A stretch of 64,000 nt of DNA from contig JBESAV010000001.1 in assembly GCA_041242255.1 (NCBI GenBank), positions 384,001 to 448,000 on the forward strand. The letters are read 5' to 3'. Made by a program: the position numbers and the translations under genes. This DNA comes from Candidatus Altimarinota bacterium (lineage in GTDB: Bacteria; Patescibacteriota; Gracilibacteria; UBA1369; GCA-2718715). Below the pieces are notes generated by a model. It made no database searches, was not told the origin of the DNA, and saw only the letters and a list, made by a program, of their open reading frames with translations. Positions 1-9,450 of this stretch are shown piece by piece (within the stretch, counting starts at the first letter, position 1; each line of letters begins with the position of its first letter).

Positions 1-209
1 TTTTTGCCTCTCCAAATATGCATAAGGTCCATCACTCAATTGTCCGCGACGAAGCAGACTCCAACTACTCCAGCCTTTTTTCTTTTTGGGATAGAATTTT
101 CCGAACCTACAAAATAGTCGAAAACCCAAAGTCAATTAAGTACGGAGTTAAAGGACTTGAGGATAAACAATCAATTCCAGACATGATGAAAACTCCAACC
201 TACGACTGA
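1..209 (+). CDS. Sterol desaturase / fatty-acid hydroxylase family protein, 3' partial
   Basis: Frame is open from the window edge (FASPNMHKVHHS); HxxHH motif followed by NYSSLFSFWDRIFRTY, the typical family C-terminus. Confidence 0.8.
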   Translation, partial: FASPNMHKVHHSIVRDEADSNYSSLFSFWDRIFRTYKIVENPKSIKYGVKGLEDKQSIPDMMKTPTYD

Positions 210-1129
210 TTTCTTTTGCTCATAAATTCCTCACTCTTAAAGAACTCAACTGCTTTTTCAACATAATCCTTATTTCCTAAAACAATACTAACTGCCTCAT
301 CAATAGCCTCAACTTTCATATCTAAAATTCTACGACCACAAATGTCCGTAGCTGTTCCTCCAGCTTGCTCAATCAAATATCCAAATGGATTACACTCATA
401 AAGCTTTCGTAACTTCTTGTATGGATAGGCAAATATACCCCCACTTCTCATCAAAATAGCGTTAACATCAGTAGCCATACTTCCTGTGTATCTAAGTTTA
501 AACTCCTTATCTTGCCAAAACTCAATCAGTTCCGGAAATCCTCCAATGTCATAAGACTTCTGCATTCCTCCAAAGGAAGCATATCTCATATCTTCACCAA
601 TCTTCATATCCTCCTTCTCAATCACAAACTCACCATCTTCGTATCGAAAAAGTACAACCCCTTTACCAACTGACATACCTACCATTAGTCGAGGCCCATA
701 AACTCCATAAATTGCCGTAACAATATCATTTCCAGTTAATTCCAAAAAACTGCGTTTCTCTAAGTCTTTATATATAGCAATACTGGTTCCTACTGTGACA
801 TTATGAGCAGCTACTGAAGAACCATCCAAAGGGTCAAAGGCAAGCTTGTAGGGAGCATCTTCTGAGTGCACAAAACATATTTCACTCTCTTGTTCCTCAG
901 ATACAAAACAACTTACATGGTCATTTTTATCGTATACATCTTTTAAAACACCATCGGCTAAAATGTCATGACTTAGTTGAGTTTCTCCACTCGAATTTTT
1001 CTCGTTTGTGTAGTTAAAAGGTACTATCTGTATTATTTCATAGATCTTACATAGTCCATCCATCGAGTCCAAAATAATAGACTGTAATTCCTTATTAACT
1101 CCAGCTTTCTCTAAATAATTTTTAATCAT
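200..1129 (-). CDS. fbp: Fructose-1,6-bisphosphatase class 1
   Basis: SEEQ, FDPLDGSS, RYTGSMATD and KLRKLYECNP motifs. Confidence 0.92.
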   Translation of the reverse strand: MIKNYLEKAGVNKELQSIILDSMDGLCKIYEIIQIVPFNYTNEKNSSGETQLSHDILADGVLKDVYDKNDHVSCFVSEEQESEICFVHSEDAPYKLAFDPLDGSSVAAHNVTVGTSIAIYKDLEKRSFLELTGNDIVTAIYGVYGPRLMVGMSVGKGVVLFRYEDGEFVIEKEDMKIGEDMRYASFGGMQKSYDIGGFPELIEFWQDKEFKLRYTGSMATDVNAILMRSGGIFAYPYKKLRKLYECNPFGYLIEQAGGTATDICGRRILDMKVEAIDEAVSIVLGNKDYVEKAVEFFKSEEFMSKRNQS

Positions 1130-2354
1130 TTCTTTTAGCTAAAAATTCCTTAGTTAAAACCTTACTTCTCTCAACTCCAGGTTGATTAAAAGCATCTACT
1201 TCAAGAAGTTCACCCAAAAGAGCAGTAGATCCTTCATATAGCATAAACAAACCACCAAGATTTTCAGCATCAATTTTATTTATATCCAAGCTTAATGAAG
1301 GCCGATTTTTCTCACATAAGCTTTCACGTGTACCTTCTAGCTCAGTATTTAAAAGTTCTCCAAATTTAACTCCATTTAAAAATTCAAACTTTTCCATAAT
1401 CAAATCATCTTCAGTATCTAAGGCAATTTTCATATCATTTTGGAACTCATTAACTCTCAAAAATTGATACATCTTATCATCAGGCCCATCACTATAAAGC
1501 TGAAGTTGACTATGTTGGTCTGTTGCTCCAAGGGCTGTTACAGGAGTTATACCCACATCCTGAGACTTACCAATCGATTCAGCCAAAAGTTGGGCATACC
1601 ATTCCCCAAATCTTAGTAGATGGTTGGAGTAGGGGAATAATACATTGATATTAATCCCATCTTTATAGTTATCAGCCTGAAACTTTGCCATCCTAAAACA
1701 TATATTTTCATCTTCATCATCTCTCAACAGAAGGTCTCTTATAACTTTCCCTCCATTTATTAATTCATCAATATTAACCCCAGCCAAAGCTGCTGGAAGT
1801 AGTCCTACAGCAGACAAAACACTATATCTTCCTCCAACATTCTGAGGAACTTCAAAAGTTTTCACATCATCTCTATCTGCAATTTTACGCAGCAATCCAT
1901 TTTCAGGATCAGTAACAAATACAAATTTATCTTTGTATTCAAGTCCAGCTCTCTCAACTTTAGCTTTCATATTCATAAACAAGCTCATAGTTTCAGAGGT
2001 TCCGCCTGATTTAGTTATCACCACAAATAATGTCCTTTCAAGGTCTAAATCATAAGTGTTTTCATAAACAAAATCCGGATCAACATTATCAATAATCCTT
2101 AAATCATCTCTATCTTTTTTAGGCAAAATCGTATCTCGTATAGTCTTGATACCTAGAGCAGAACCGCCAATTCCTAGAACCACAACTCTATCGTATTCTC
2201 CAGAAACCTCACTAGCAAAATTCTTTATCTCAATGTGTTCATCTTCCCTCATTACCAAATCATAAAAACCCAAATCTTTTTCTAACAATCCTGCAATACT
2301 TTCAGAAATACCTTCTCCAGAGTATTCATAATTATCAAATTCCAATCTAAACAT
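1122..2354 (-). CDS. pgi: Glucose-6-phosphate isomerase
   Basis: GIGGSALG, TKSGGTSET, VGGRYSVLS, QLLAESIGK, DQHSQLQL, FNQPGVERSK. Confidence 0.95.
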   Translation of the reverse strand: MFRLEFDNYEYSGEGISESIAGLLEKDLGFYDLVMREDEHIEIKNFASEVSGEYDRVVVLGIGGSALGIKTIRDTILPKKDRDDLRIIDNVDPDFVYENTYDLDLERTLFVVITKSGGTSETMSLFMNMKAKVERAGLEYKDKFVFVTDPENGLLRKIADRDDVKTFEVPQNVGGRYSVLSAVGLLPAALAGVNIDELINGGKVIRDLLLRDDEDENICFRMAKFQADNYKDGININVLFPYSNHLLRFGEWYAQLLAESIGKSQDVGITPVTALGATDQHSQLQLYSDGPDDKMYQFLRVNEFQNDMKIALDTEDDLIMEKFEFLNGVKFGELLNTELEGTRESLCEKNRPSLSLDINKIDAENLGGLFMLYEGSTALLGELLEVDAFNQPGVERSKVLTKEFLAKRND

Positions 2355-2363
2355 AAAAAATAG

Positions 2364-3626
2364 TTAAACGCTTTTTACTTTTAATTCTTCAGCAGTATAC
2401 CTCTTCGACAATCTCAATAAGAACACAAACCCAATCAAAGGAATCAAACCCAAAAACCCAAATGTATAGCTAGCATTTCCAAAGAACTCCTTACAGAAGA
2501 AATAAATCGTCGTTGCAATCATCGGAGTGAAAGCAGTAGCTAAAGCATATACTGATATATCTACTCCCAGAGCCTCTCCTTGTTCATCATCTTCTACATT
2601 ATTAGAAATCATAGTTTTCGTTGTTGGAAGACTCAACGAGAAACCTAGATTGGCAAAGAAATAAGCAATGAAATACCACACAACCGTTGGACTAAAAGCC
2701 ATACCTATTAGGCCCAACCCAATCAACACTTGGGCGTAAACAACAGTCCAAAAATTCCCAAACTTATCTACAAATAGTTTCAATAGAACAGTTTGGTTTA
2801 AGATCATAACCATCCCAACAGCTAGTAGTATGTAACCAATTTCCACTTTCGAAAACCCAAACAATTGAATCAAATGCAAAATGATAATTGATATAAAAAA
2901 TGACATAGAGAAAGAAATCATAGCTCTATTCCAAAACATTTCATATACAAACCTATCTTTCTTGTACTTTCTAAGTTTTTTCAAAGCGTTAATCTCATTC
3001 CAAAAATTCCCAATTTTCTTAGTCCTAGATTCCTCCGGTAATGATTCCTCAAGGTGCCAGAACATGAGTATCCAAGTTACAAAAGCAATTGCTACCGCAA
3101 TCAAAGCAGTAGGCAAGTAACTATAGTCCTCACTTCCAGAAAAACTACCAATAGCTAGCCCAAAAAACAAACCAACTCCCATCGCAACTTCCAGTAATCC
3201 AAAGTTTTTAAGTTTATCTTCTTGAGTTGTTACATCAGCCACATACGCAGCTCCCACTGACGAGTTACCTCCAGTTAAACCATCAATCACCCTAGCAATT
3301 CCTAAAACCCAAACTGTCAAAAGAGGAATATGAGCAAATTCTCTAAAGAAATAGAATGAAACCGCAAAAAGTATCCAGCTCAATAGCGTTCCACCTTGAG
3401 TAATCAAAAGAATCGGCCTCCTTCCAAACTTATCACTAAGAGCCCCCAGAAAAGGAGCCCCAATAAACTGAAACAGACTGTAAGCCGTAAGCAATGCTCC
3501 AAACACAAGCTCATTCTGCCCAAGTTGTTCAACAACATAAGGAAGAGTCGGAGTTAGAATCGACAAGTTCATCGAATTCACAAAAGTAAGCAGTATAATC
3601 GGTATGACTCTTCTATCTATATTCAT
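2364..3626 (-). CDS. MFS transporter, TetA/DHA1-like
   Basis: About 12 TM segments; motif A GALSDKFGRRP; RVIDGLTGGN. Confidence 0.88.
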   Translation of the reverse strand: MNIDRRVIPIILLTFVNSMNLSILTPTLPYVVEQLGQNELVFGALLTAYSLFQFIGAPFLGALSDKFGRRPILLITQGGTLLSWILFAVSFYFFREFAHIPLLTVWVLGIARVIDGLTGGNSSVGAAYVADVTTQEDKLKNFGLLEVAMGVGLFFGLAIGSFSGSEDYSYLPTALIAVAIAFVTWILMFWHLEESLPEESRTKKIGNFWNEINALKKLRKYKKDRFVYEMFWNRAMISFSMSFFISIIILHLIQLFGFSKVEIGYILLAVGMVMILNQTVLLKLFVDKFGNFWTVVYAQVLIGLGLIGMAFSPTVVWYFIAYFFANLGFSLSLPTTKTMISNNVEDDEQGEALGVDISVYALATAFTPMIATTIYFFCKEFFGNASYTFGFLGLIPLIGFVFLLRLSKRYTAEELKVKSV

Positions 3627-3627
3627 A

Positions 3628-3942
3628 TTACTCAGCCAATAATTCTACTGACTCAACTACATCCGAGTTCACGTCTGAAGAATCTATAAAATCATAGTCA
3701 TCAACCCCCATATTCATATATGTATAATCTCCTCCCATCATTCCTTTCATTTTATGTTTAACAACCATTCCGGGTAAAGCCATCATAGCTATCCAAACTG
3801 CAAGTAGCACACCAGTTGTTACCAAAAGAATAGTCTTTTTATCCTTTCTTTTACACTCAGAGTACAAAGCCCAAATCGATACTGTAAACAAAGCTGATAC
3901 AAGAAGTGTAACCAGCATATACACCAAAGCTAAACCAAACAT
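3628..3942 (-). CDS. Small two-TM membrane protein
   Basis: Two hydrophobic helices and a Met/Gly then acidic tail; tightly packed in the operon; TTTAA-N9-ATG upstream. Confidence 0.65.
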   Translation of the reverse strand: MFGLALVYMLVTLLVSALFTVSIWALYSECKRKDKKTILLVTTGVLLAVWIAMMALPGMVVKHKMKGMMGGDYTYMNMGVDDYDFIDSSDVNSDVVESVELLAE

Positions 3943-3951
3943 ATTTATTTA

Positions 3952-4425
3952 TTAAATTTTACATTTTCCATTCCAACAACCATATCTTATCTGCCTATCC
4001 ACAAGAAGTACACCCACAAGAGCCAAAGCAATACCTAAAAACTGAGCCCAACCAGCAAAAACATTCAGGAAGTTCAAAGTAAAGTTAAACCCAAGAATAG
4101 ACACGATAGGTAAGTAGCAAGCAAAACAAACCGTTGATAAAATCCACATCAAGAATCCTACTCCACCAAGACTGGTTAAGCTCACATCATTCTGGATTTT
4201 CTCATTTTTAAATATCTCGTAAACCCCAATCACATTAATAGCCAAAAGCAGACTTATAACTAAAGCAAAGAAGACATTTCCCATGCTTAAGTTATAACCA
4301 ACTACACAAGAGTTACCAGTGCTAGCCGGTGTTCTCCAAAGTATCAAAACTGTGATATTGAAGATCACCAAGCTAACAAAAGCAAGACCCAGTCTGTATT
4401 CTTTATTACTTAGCCAATTCAGCAT
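3952..4425 (-). CDS. Four-TM Cys-rich membrane protein (CFAC motif)
   Basis: About 4 TM helices, a loop Cys, CxxC (CFAC) and C-terminal CWNGKC; overlaps the end of the DsbA gene. Confidence 0.7.
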   Translation of the reverse strand: MLNWLSNKEYRLGLAFVSLVIFNITVLILWRTPASTGNSCVVGYNLSMGNVFFALVISLLLAINVIGVYEIFKNEKIQNDVSLTSLGGVGFLMWILSTVCFACYLPIVSILGFNFTLNFLNVFAGWAQFLGIALALVGVLLVDRQIRYGCWNGKCKI

Positions 4426-5101
4426 CTATAGCAGCTTTAATTTCTGAGTATGGATACGCTCCATTGAAAAATACTCCATTCACAAAAATAGCAGGAGTTC
4501 CGTTGATTCCAAGTTCAGTAGCCTGCATCAAATCTTTCTCAACTCTAGCAATTGTATCATTGTTATCCGAACAGCTTCTAAGTTCTTCCATATCCAAGCT
4601 TTCAACATCAGCTATCCAATCAAATATATTCGTTTTACTCAAAGGTCCAGTTTTAGCCACCATATTGTCAAAGATTCTGTTGTGAACTTCAAAGTAGGCT
4701 TCATCTCCACCTTGATCGTAAGCACATTCAGCTATCACAGCAGCACCAACAGCATTTGGATGAATAGCTTCAAGAGGTAAGTCTTTGAATACTACTTTTA
4801 CTAAACCTTGATCAACATATTCGTTTTTAATATTGTCATAAGACTGACTGTAGTGCCTTGCACAGTAAGGACACTCATAGTCAGAAAACTCTACAATTGT
4901 AACCGGTGCATCTTCATCTCCAAGTACTGGGTCCTCATCATCAATCTGAATCTCAGTAACCTGCCCATTTGATAAAGGCACCTCAACATCAGGAAGATTT
5001 GATTGACCAACAAAGTAACCAGCTCCAAAAGAGGTCCCCAGTGCCATCAATCCAACCAACACGGCTGCAACAGTAAAAACTATATCATTATCTTTTTTCA
5101 T
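4406..5101 (-). CDS. Membrane-anchored DsbA/BdbD-like thiol-disulfide oxidoreductase
   Basis: N-terminal TM; APVTIVEFSDYECPYC; cis-Pro motif GINGTPA. Confidence 0.9.
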   Translation of the reverse strand: MKKDNDIVFTVAAVLVGLMALGTSFGAGYFVGQSNLPDVEVPLSNGQVTEIQIDDEDPVLGDEDAPVTIVEFSDYECPYCARHYSQSYDNIKNEYVDQGLVKVVFKDLPLEAIHPNAVGAAVIAECAYDQGGDEAYFEVHNRIFDNMVAKTGPLSKTNIFDWIADVESLDMEELRSCSDNNDTIARVEKDLMQATELGINGTPAIFVNGVFFNGAYPYSEIKAAIDAELAK

Positions 5102-5189
5102 AATATTTTTTAATAATCACTATTAAAATTATAACATCATAAAAAAAATACATCTATTTACGAAAACAAAGTTTGATGGATCCAATACT

Positions 5190-6314
5190 TTATTGGATAA
5201 CTCCAGCTCCAAGACACAAATCATCTTTATAAAAAACCACAAACTGCCCAGATGCAATTCCTTGATCATCTTCATCAATCTGTAGCTTTAAACCATTTGC
5301 AACCCTCTCTACACTTTCAAGCCCATATCTTTTTTCACCATGTCTAAGTTTAACTGTACATTCCTTCAATTCATCCAGACTTGGCTCCTTGGTTAGCCAA
5401 TTAAATTCATCAACTACCAATGTGTTTCTAACTTTATCATCTTCAAAATACTCACGTGACACAAAAACAATATTCTTTTCTACATCTTTTTTTACCACAT
5501 ACCAAGGCCCACCACCCAAGCCAATGCCTTTCCTTTGTCCTCTTGTATAAAAGTAAAATCCATCGTGCTCTCCAATCTCTTCTCCTGTATCAAAGTCCAC
5601 AATTTTACCTTTCTTAACTCCTAGGTAATGCTCAATGAAATCTCTAAATTTCAATTTACCCAAAAAGCAAATACCTTGGCTATCTTTTCTGTTTTTATTG
5701 ATCAGATCAAAGCTTTCAGCTAGTTCTCTAACTTCATTTTTTTCAAAACAACCAATCGGAAAAATCAGATTCTCAATCTGCTCATCTTTAAGATAACTCA
5801 AAAAGTAGGTTTGATCCTTTATATTATCCGGAGCTAACTTCATTTCTTGCCCCTTATCACTTTTCCAAGCATAGTGCCCCGAAGCTATTAAGTCATATTC
5901 TTTATCCTCCATATAGTCTACAAAAGCCCCAAACTTAATCCTAGAGTTACACATAACATCCGGATTAGGAGTTCTACCTCTCTTTACCTCATTGATAGTA
6001 TAAGACACAACTTTATCAAAGTATTCCTTTTGCAAAGGCACGATCTCAAACTCGCACCCTATGTCGTCACAAACACCTTCCACAAATTTCATATCATCTT
6101 CCCAAGGACAATCACCACCCAAAAATCTCACTTCATCTTCAAGCCAGATCTTTAGATAGTATGCTTTCACATCAGCTCCAAAGTGCTTAAGCAAGGCTAA
6201 AGCTACAGAGCTATCAACTCCACCAGATACAAGCACAGCGATCTTTTTACCTTGTATATCACCGAGGTAATTAGATGCTTTCTTAAGCAATATGTCTTGG
6301 ACTGACTTCAACAT
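5190..6314 (-). CDS. mnmA: tRNA 2-thiouridine synthase MnmA
   Basis: SGGVDS, TPNPDVMCNSRIKFG, SGHYA, KDQTYFL, DSQGICF, GQRKGIG. Confidence 0.95.
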   Translation of the reverse strand: MLKSVQDILLKKASNYLGDIQGKKIAVLVSGGVDSSVALALLKHFGADVKAYYLKIWLEDEVRFLGGDCPWEDDMKFVEGVCDDIGCEFEIVPLQKEYFDKVVSYTINEVKRGRTPNPDVMCNSRIKFGAFVDYMEDKEYDLIASGHYAWKSDKGQEMKLAPDNIKDQTYFLSYLKDEQIENLIFPIGCFEKNEVRELAESFDLINKNRKDSQGICFLGKLKFRDFIEHYLGVKKGKIVDFDTGEEIGEHDGFYFYTRGQRKGIGLGGGPWYVVKKDVEKNIVFVSREYFEDDKVRNTLVVDEFNWLTKEPSLDELKECTVKLRHGEKRYGLESVERVANGLKLQIDEDDQGIASGQFVVFYKDDLCLGAGVIQ

Positions 6315-9300
6315 CTTTAACTAAATTATCTTTTTCAACTTCCTCAACCTGTTCAGATTTATCACGTAGGAAAATTGTAAACAAAATAGGAATAATCATC
6401 AAAGTCAAAAAAGTAGCAGTGGTCAAACCAAAGATCACACTAAATCCTAGCCCTCTCCAAAACTCATCAGATATAGTAATTGGCAACAGACCAAATACAG
6501 TAGTAATAGTCGTCAGCATGATTGGCACAAACCTTAGTTTACAAGCTGCAATAATTGCTTCTTTAAGTTTCATATTTGACTCATATCTATTTCGATTGAT
6601 TTGGTCAACCATCACAATTGCATCATTCACAACAATTCCAGTCAACATTACTACCCCAAGGAAAGCAGGGAAGCTCAATGGTAAACCAAGCAAAGACAAA
6701 CCAGGAAAAATACCAATTATAGCCAAAGGTAAAGTACAGAGAATAATAAATGTTTGCCTAAACGAATTAAACTGAGTAACCAGAATTATCAATATCAAAA
6801 TAACTGCAACAATCATCGAGCTAAACAACTCAGTAAATGACTCTTGCACATCTTCATCTTCACCACCAATCTCTACAAAATAACCAGATGGCAGCTCAAG
6901 ATTTTCTAATACAGTCTCAACTTCTGGCAAAATCTCAGCTAAAACAACATCTTCTCTTATATCAGATCTAATTCTTACAGTTCTTTCCTGATCAATTCTA
7001 GGAATCGACTGTAAAGCATCACTTTCACTAATTCTAGCAAGTGAGCTAAAAGGTATAAATCCAGCTTGAGTAGGCACTAACGTATTGTACAGTTCACTGT
7101 AGGTTTTAGTTTCATTATTATCCAACCATACCCGTATTTCAGTCGCTTCACCATCAATCTGAATCTCTCCAGCCTCAGAACCATTCACAAGGCTTTGTAG
7201 AGTTTGAGCCACACTTTGTTTATTCAGCCCATAATAAGAAAGTCTTTCTTCATCTAACTCAATCTCTAACTCATTTTTATTATTATCAAAGTCAGAGCGT
7301 ATATTCACCAGCTCTTCCACTCCAGAAAGATCAGCCTTAATAGTTTCAGTTATCTCTTGCAGTGACTCCAATCCAGGTCCACTCAATCTAATCTCAATCG
7401 GTGCAGCAGCCGGAGGCCCAGCACTAATTGATTCAACACTTATGTCTAGCGCTGATTCAACCTCTTCATATTCAGCTCTAAGCTCTTCCGAGATTACATA
7501 TGATTTCTTCCTATCAGTATCTTCATCTGTAAGATTCACTACAACATATCCTAGATAGTCACCAGTTTCGCCACCATTCCCAGAAGGATCAGTACTAATC
7601 GAGCTCCCGTAGTTGATCGTATAGTTTTTAATGTATTCTTTATCTCTCAAAATATCTTCCACAATTCCTGATAACTCCTGCGTTTCTTCAAGGCGGGTTC
7701 CAATAGGTGCTTCAAAGTTTATATATACAAATGGAGTATCTGCTTCAGGGAAAAGTTGAGCCTTCAGTATTCCGGTTACAGGCAAAGCCATACTCCCAAC
7801 AAAGCAAACCAACGTCACAAACAAAATCAAACCTCTTGCAATTCGGTTATTCAAAATATTTTCTAAAATAGATGCATATCTGTCTTTTATTCCTTCAATA
7901 AATTTTTCTTTCAAAGATAGTTTTCTTTCCTTATCACGAGAAAATCTTTCAAATACATCAATCAGTTTCACAGACAAAAGGGGAGTCACAGCAAAACTCA
8001 CCAGTAGTGAAGCCCCAAGCGTTATCGACAAAACAATTGGTATTGTTCGTATGTATTCACCCACGATTCCAGATACCAAAAGCATAGGAGCAAAAGCAGA
8101 GAGTGTCGTTAAAGTTCCAGCAACCAAAGGCCATTTATATTGATCTAAAGTTTCTTTTGCAGCATCTATTGTATTTCTTCCTTCTTTTTTAAACTCATAA
8201 ATACCTTCTACAATTACCACCGAAGTATCTACTATTAGACCCAAAGATAAAATAAGTGAAAAGATAGTTAAACCATTCAAAGTCTCATCAGCCCAGTACA
8301 ACACTCCAAAAGTAATCAAGAAAATCATTGGTATAGCAATAGATGCAACTAAAGCTTCCTTTACAGAAAGAACCAGCAATATAGCTACAAATATAACCAA
8401 AATAGTCTGAACCCCAGATGAAGAGAGAGTACTTAAATCATTTTTAATGAAATACGCATTATCATTGGTTTTCACAATTCGTACTCCTTCCTCTAAACTC
8501 TCAGAAATCTCTGCAGCCTTCTCATCTACTTGGTTTACAATATCTACGATATTTCCTCCTGAAGACTTAAAGACATTTAGAGTTATGGCTCTTTCAGCAC
8601 TTCCTTCACCTTCATAAACATAAGAAAGAGTACTTTGTTCTACAGGTTCAATATTCACATACGCAACATCCCCAATCGTTAGAAGTTCAAGTCCACCATC
8701 CTGAGAAACGTTACTCAAAGGTAAATTTCTTATCATCTCTACCGAATTTTTCTCACCTCTTATTCTTACGTTAATTTTAGATAAATCCCTTTCAACTTCA
8801 CCAATCGGTAAATTAAGGTTCCCAACCTGAATAGCTTGTATGATTTGACCAGGAGTAACGCCGTAGAACTCTGCCACCAAGCTATCCAATATAATAGTTA
8901 TTTCTTCTTCATAGTCACCAATAATTTCAACATTTGAAACACCACTTATACTTTCTATCTCAGTAGCAACTTCATCCGCTACCTCTGACAACTCTTTAAA
9001 CTCTTTATCCCCAACTACACTTAAAGAAACAATCGACATACTATTAAAGTCTAGCTCCATCACTTCAGGATCTTCAGCTAACTCAGGTAGTCTTCCAGCA
9101 ACTTGATTAGCAGCTTCTGTCAGGTCTGAAATCACCTCAGACGTATCAGCAGAAGTATCAAACTGAACTGTAATAATAGAAATATTACTTCTTGAAGTAG
9201 AAGTAATACTATCCACATCATCTAAGCTTTGAAACTCTTTCTCTAACTCAACAGTAACATTTTGCTCCACATCTAGAGCGGACGCGTTTGGGTAAACTGT

Positions 9301-9450
9301 TTGAACTATCCCAATCGGCTGATTTATCTCAGGGTTAGACTCGATATCGACATTCAGGACTCCAAAAACACCAACCAACAAGATGGCCATTACCAGCAAA
9401 AAAGTAACCCTCGATTTTTCTATAAAGTTAAACCAAATACTTCTTTTCAT
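6283..9450 (-). CDS. RND efflux permease (AcrB/AcrD/AcrF family)
   Basis: 1055 aa; LGLIVDTSVVIVE, GIVVNDAIVMVD, RFVPIMLTTITTVFGLLP. Confidence 0.93.
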   Translation of the reverse strand: MKRSIWFNFIEKSRVTFLLVMAILLVGVFGVLNVDIESNPEINQPIGIVQTVYPNASALDVEQNVTVELEKEFQSLDDVDSITSTSRSNISIITVQFDTSADTSEVISDLTEAANQVAGRLPELAEDPEVMELDFNSMSIVSLSVVGDKEFKELSEVADEVATEIESISGVSNVEIIGDYEEEITIILDSLVAEFYGVTPGQIIQAIQVGNLNLPIGEVERDLSKINVRIRGEKNSVEMIRNLPLSNVSQDGGLELLTIGDVAYVNIEPVEQSTLSYVYEGEGSAERAITLNVFKSSGGNIVDIVNQVDEKAAEISESLEEGVRIVKTNDNAYFIKNDLSTLSSSGVQTILVIFVAILLVLSVKEALVASIAIPMIFLITFGVLYWADETLNGLTIFSLILSLGLIVDTSVVIVEGIYEFKKEGRNTIDAAKETLDQYKWPLVAGTLTTLSAFAPMLLVSGIVGEYIRTIPIVLSITLGASLLVSFAVTPLLSVKLIDVFERFSRDKERKLSLKEKFIEGIKDRYASILENILNNRIARGLILFVTLVCFVGSMALPVTGILKAQLFPEADTPFVYINFEAPIGTRLEETQELSGIVEDILRDKEYIKNYTINYGSSISTDPSGNGGETGDYLGYVVVNLTDEDTDRKKSYVISEELRAEYEEVESALDISVESISAGPPAAAPIEIRLSGPGLESLQEITETIKADLSGVEELVNIRSDFDNNKNELEIELDEERLSYYGLNKQSVAQTLQSLVNGSEAGEIQIDGEATEIRVWLDNNETKTYSELYNTLVPTQAGFIPFSSLARISESDALQSIPRIDQERTVRIRSDIREDVVLAEILPEVETVLENLELPSGYFVEIGGEDEDVQESFTELFSSMIVAVILILIILVTQFNSFRQTFIILCTLPLAIIGIFPGLSLLGLPLSFPAFLGVVMLTGIVVNDAIVMVDQINRNRYESNMKLKEAIIAACKLRFVPIMLTTITTVFGLLPITISDEFWRGLGFSVIFGLTTATFLTLMIIPILFTIFLRDKSEQVEEVEKDNLVKDVEVSPRHIA

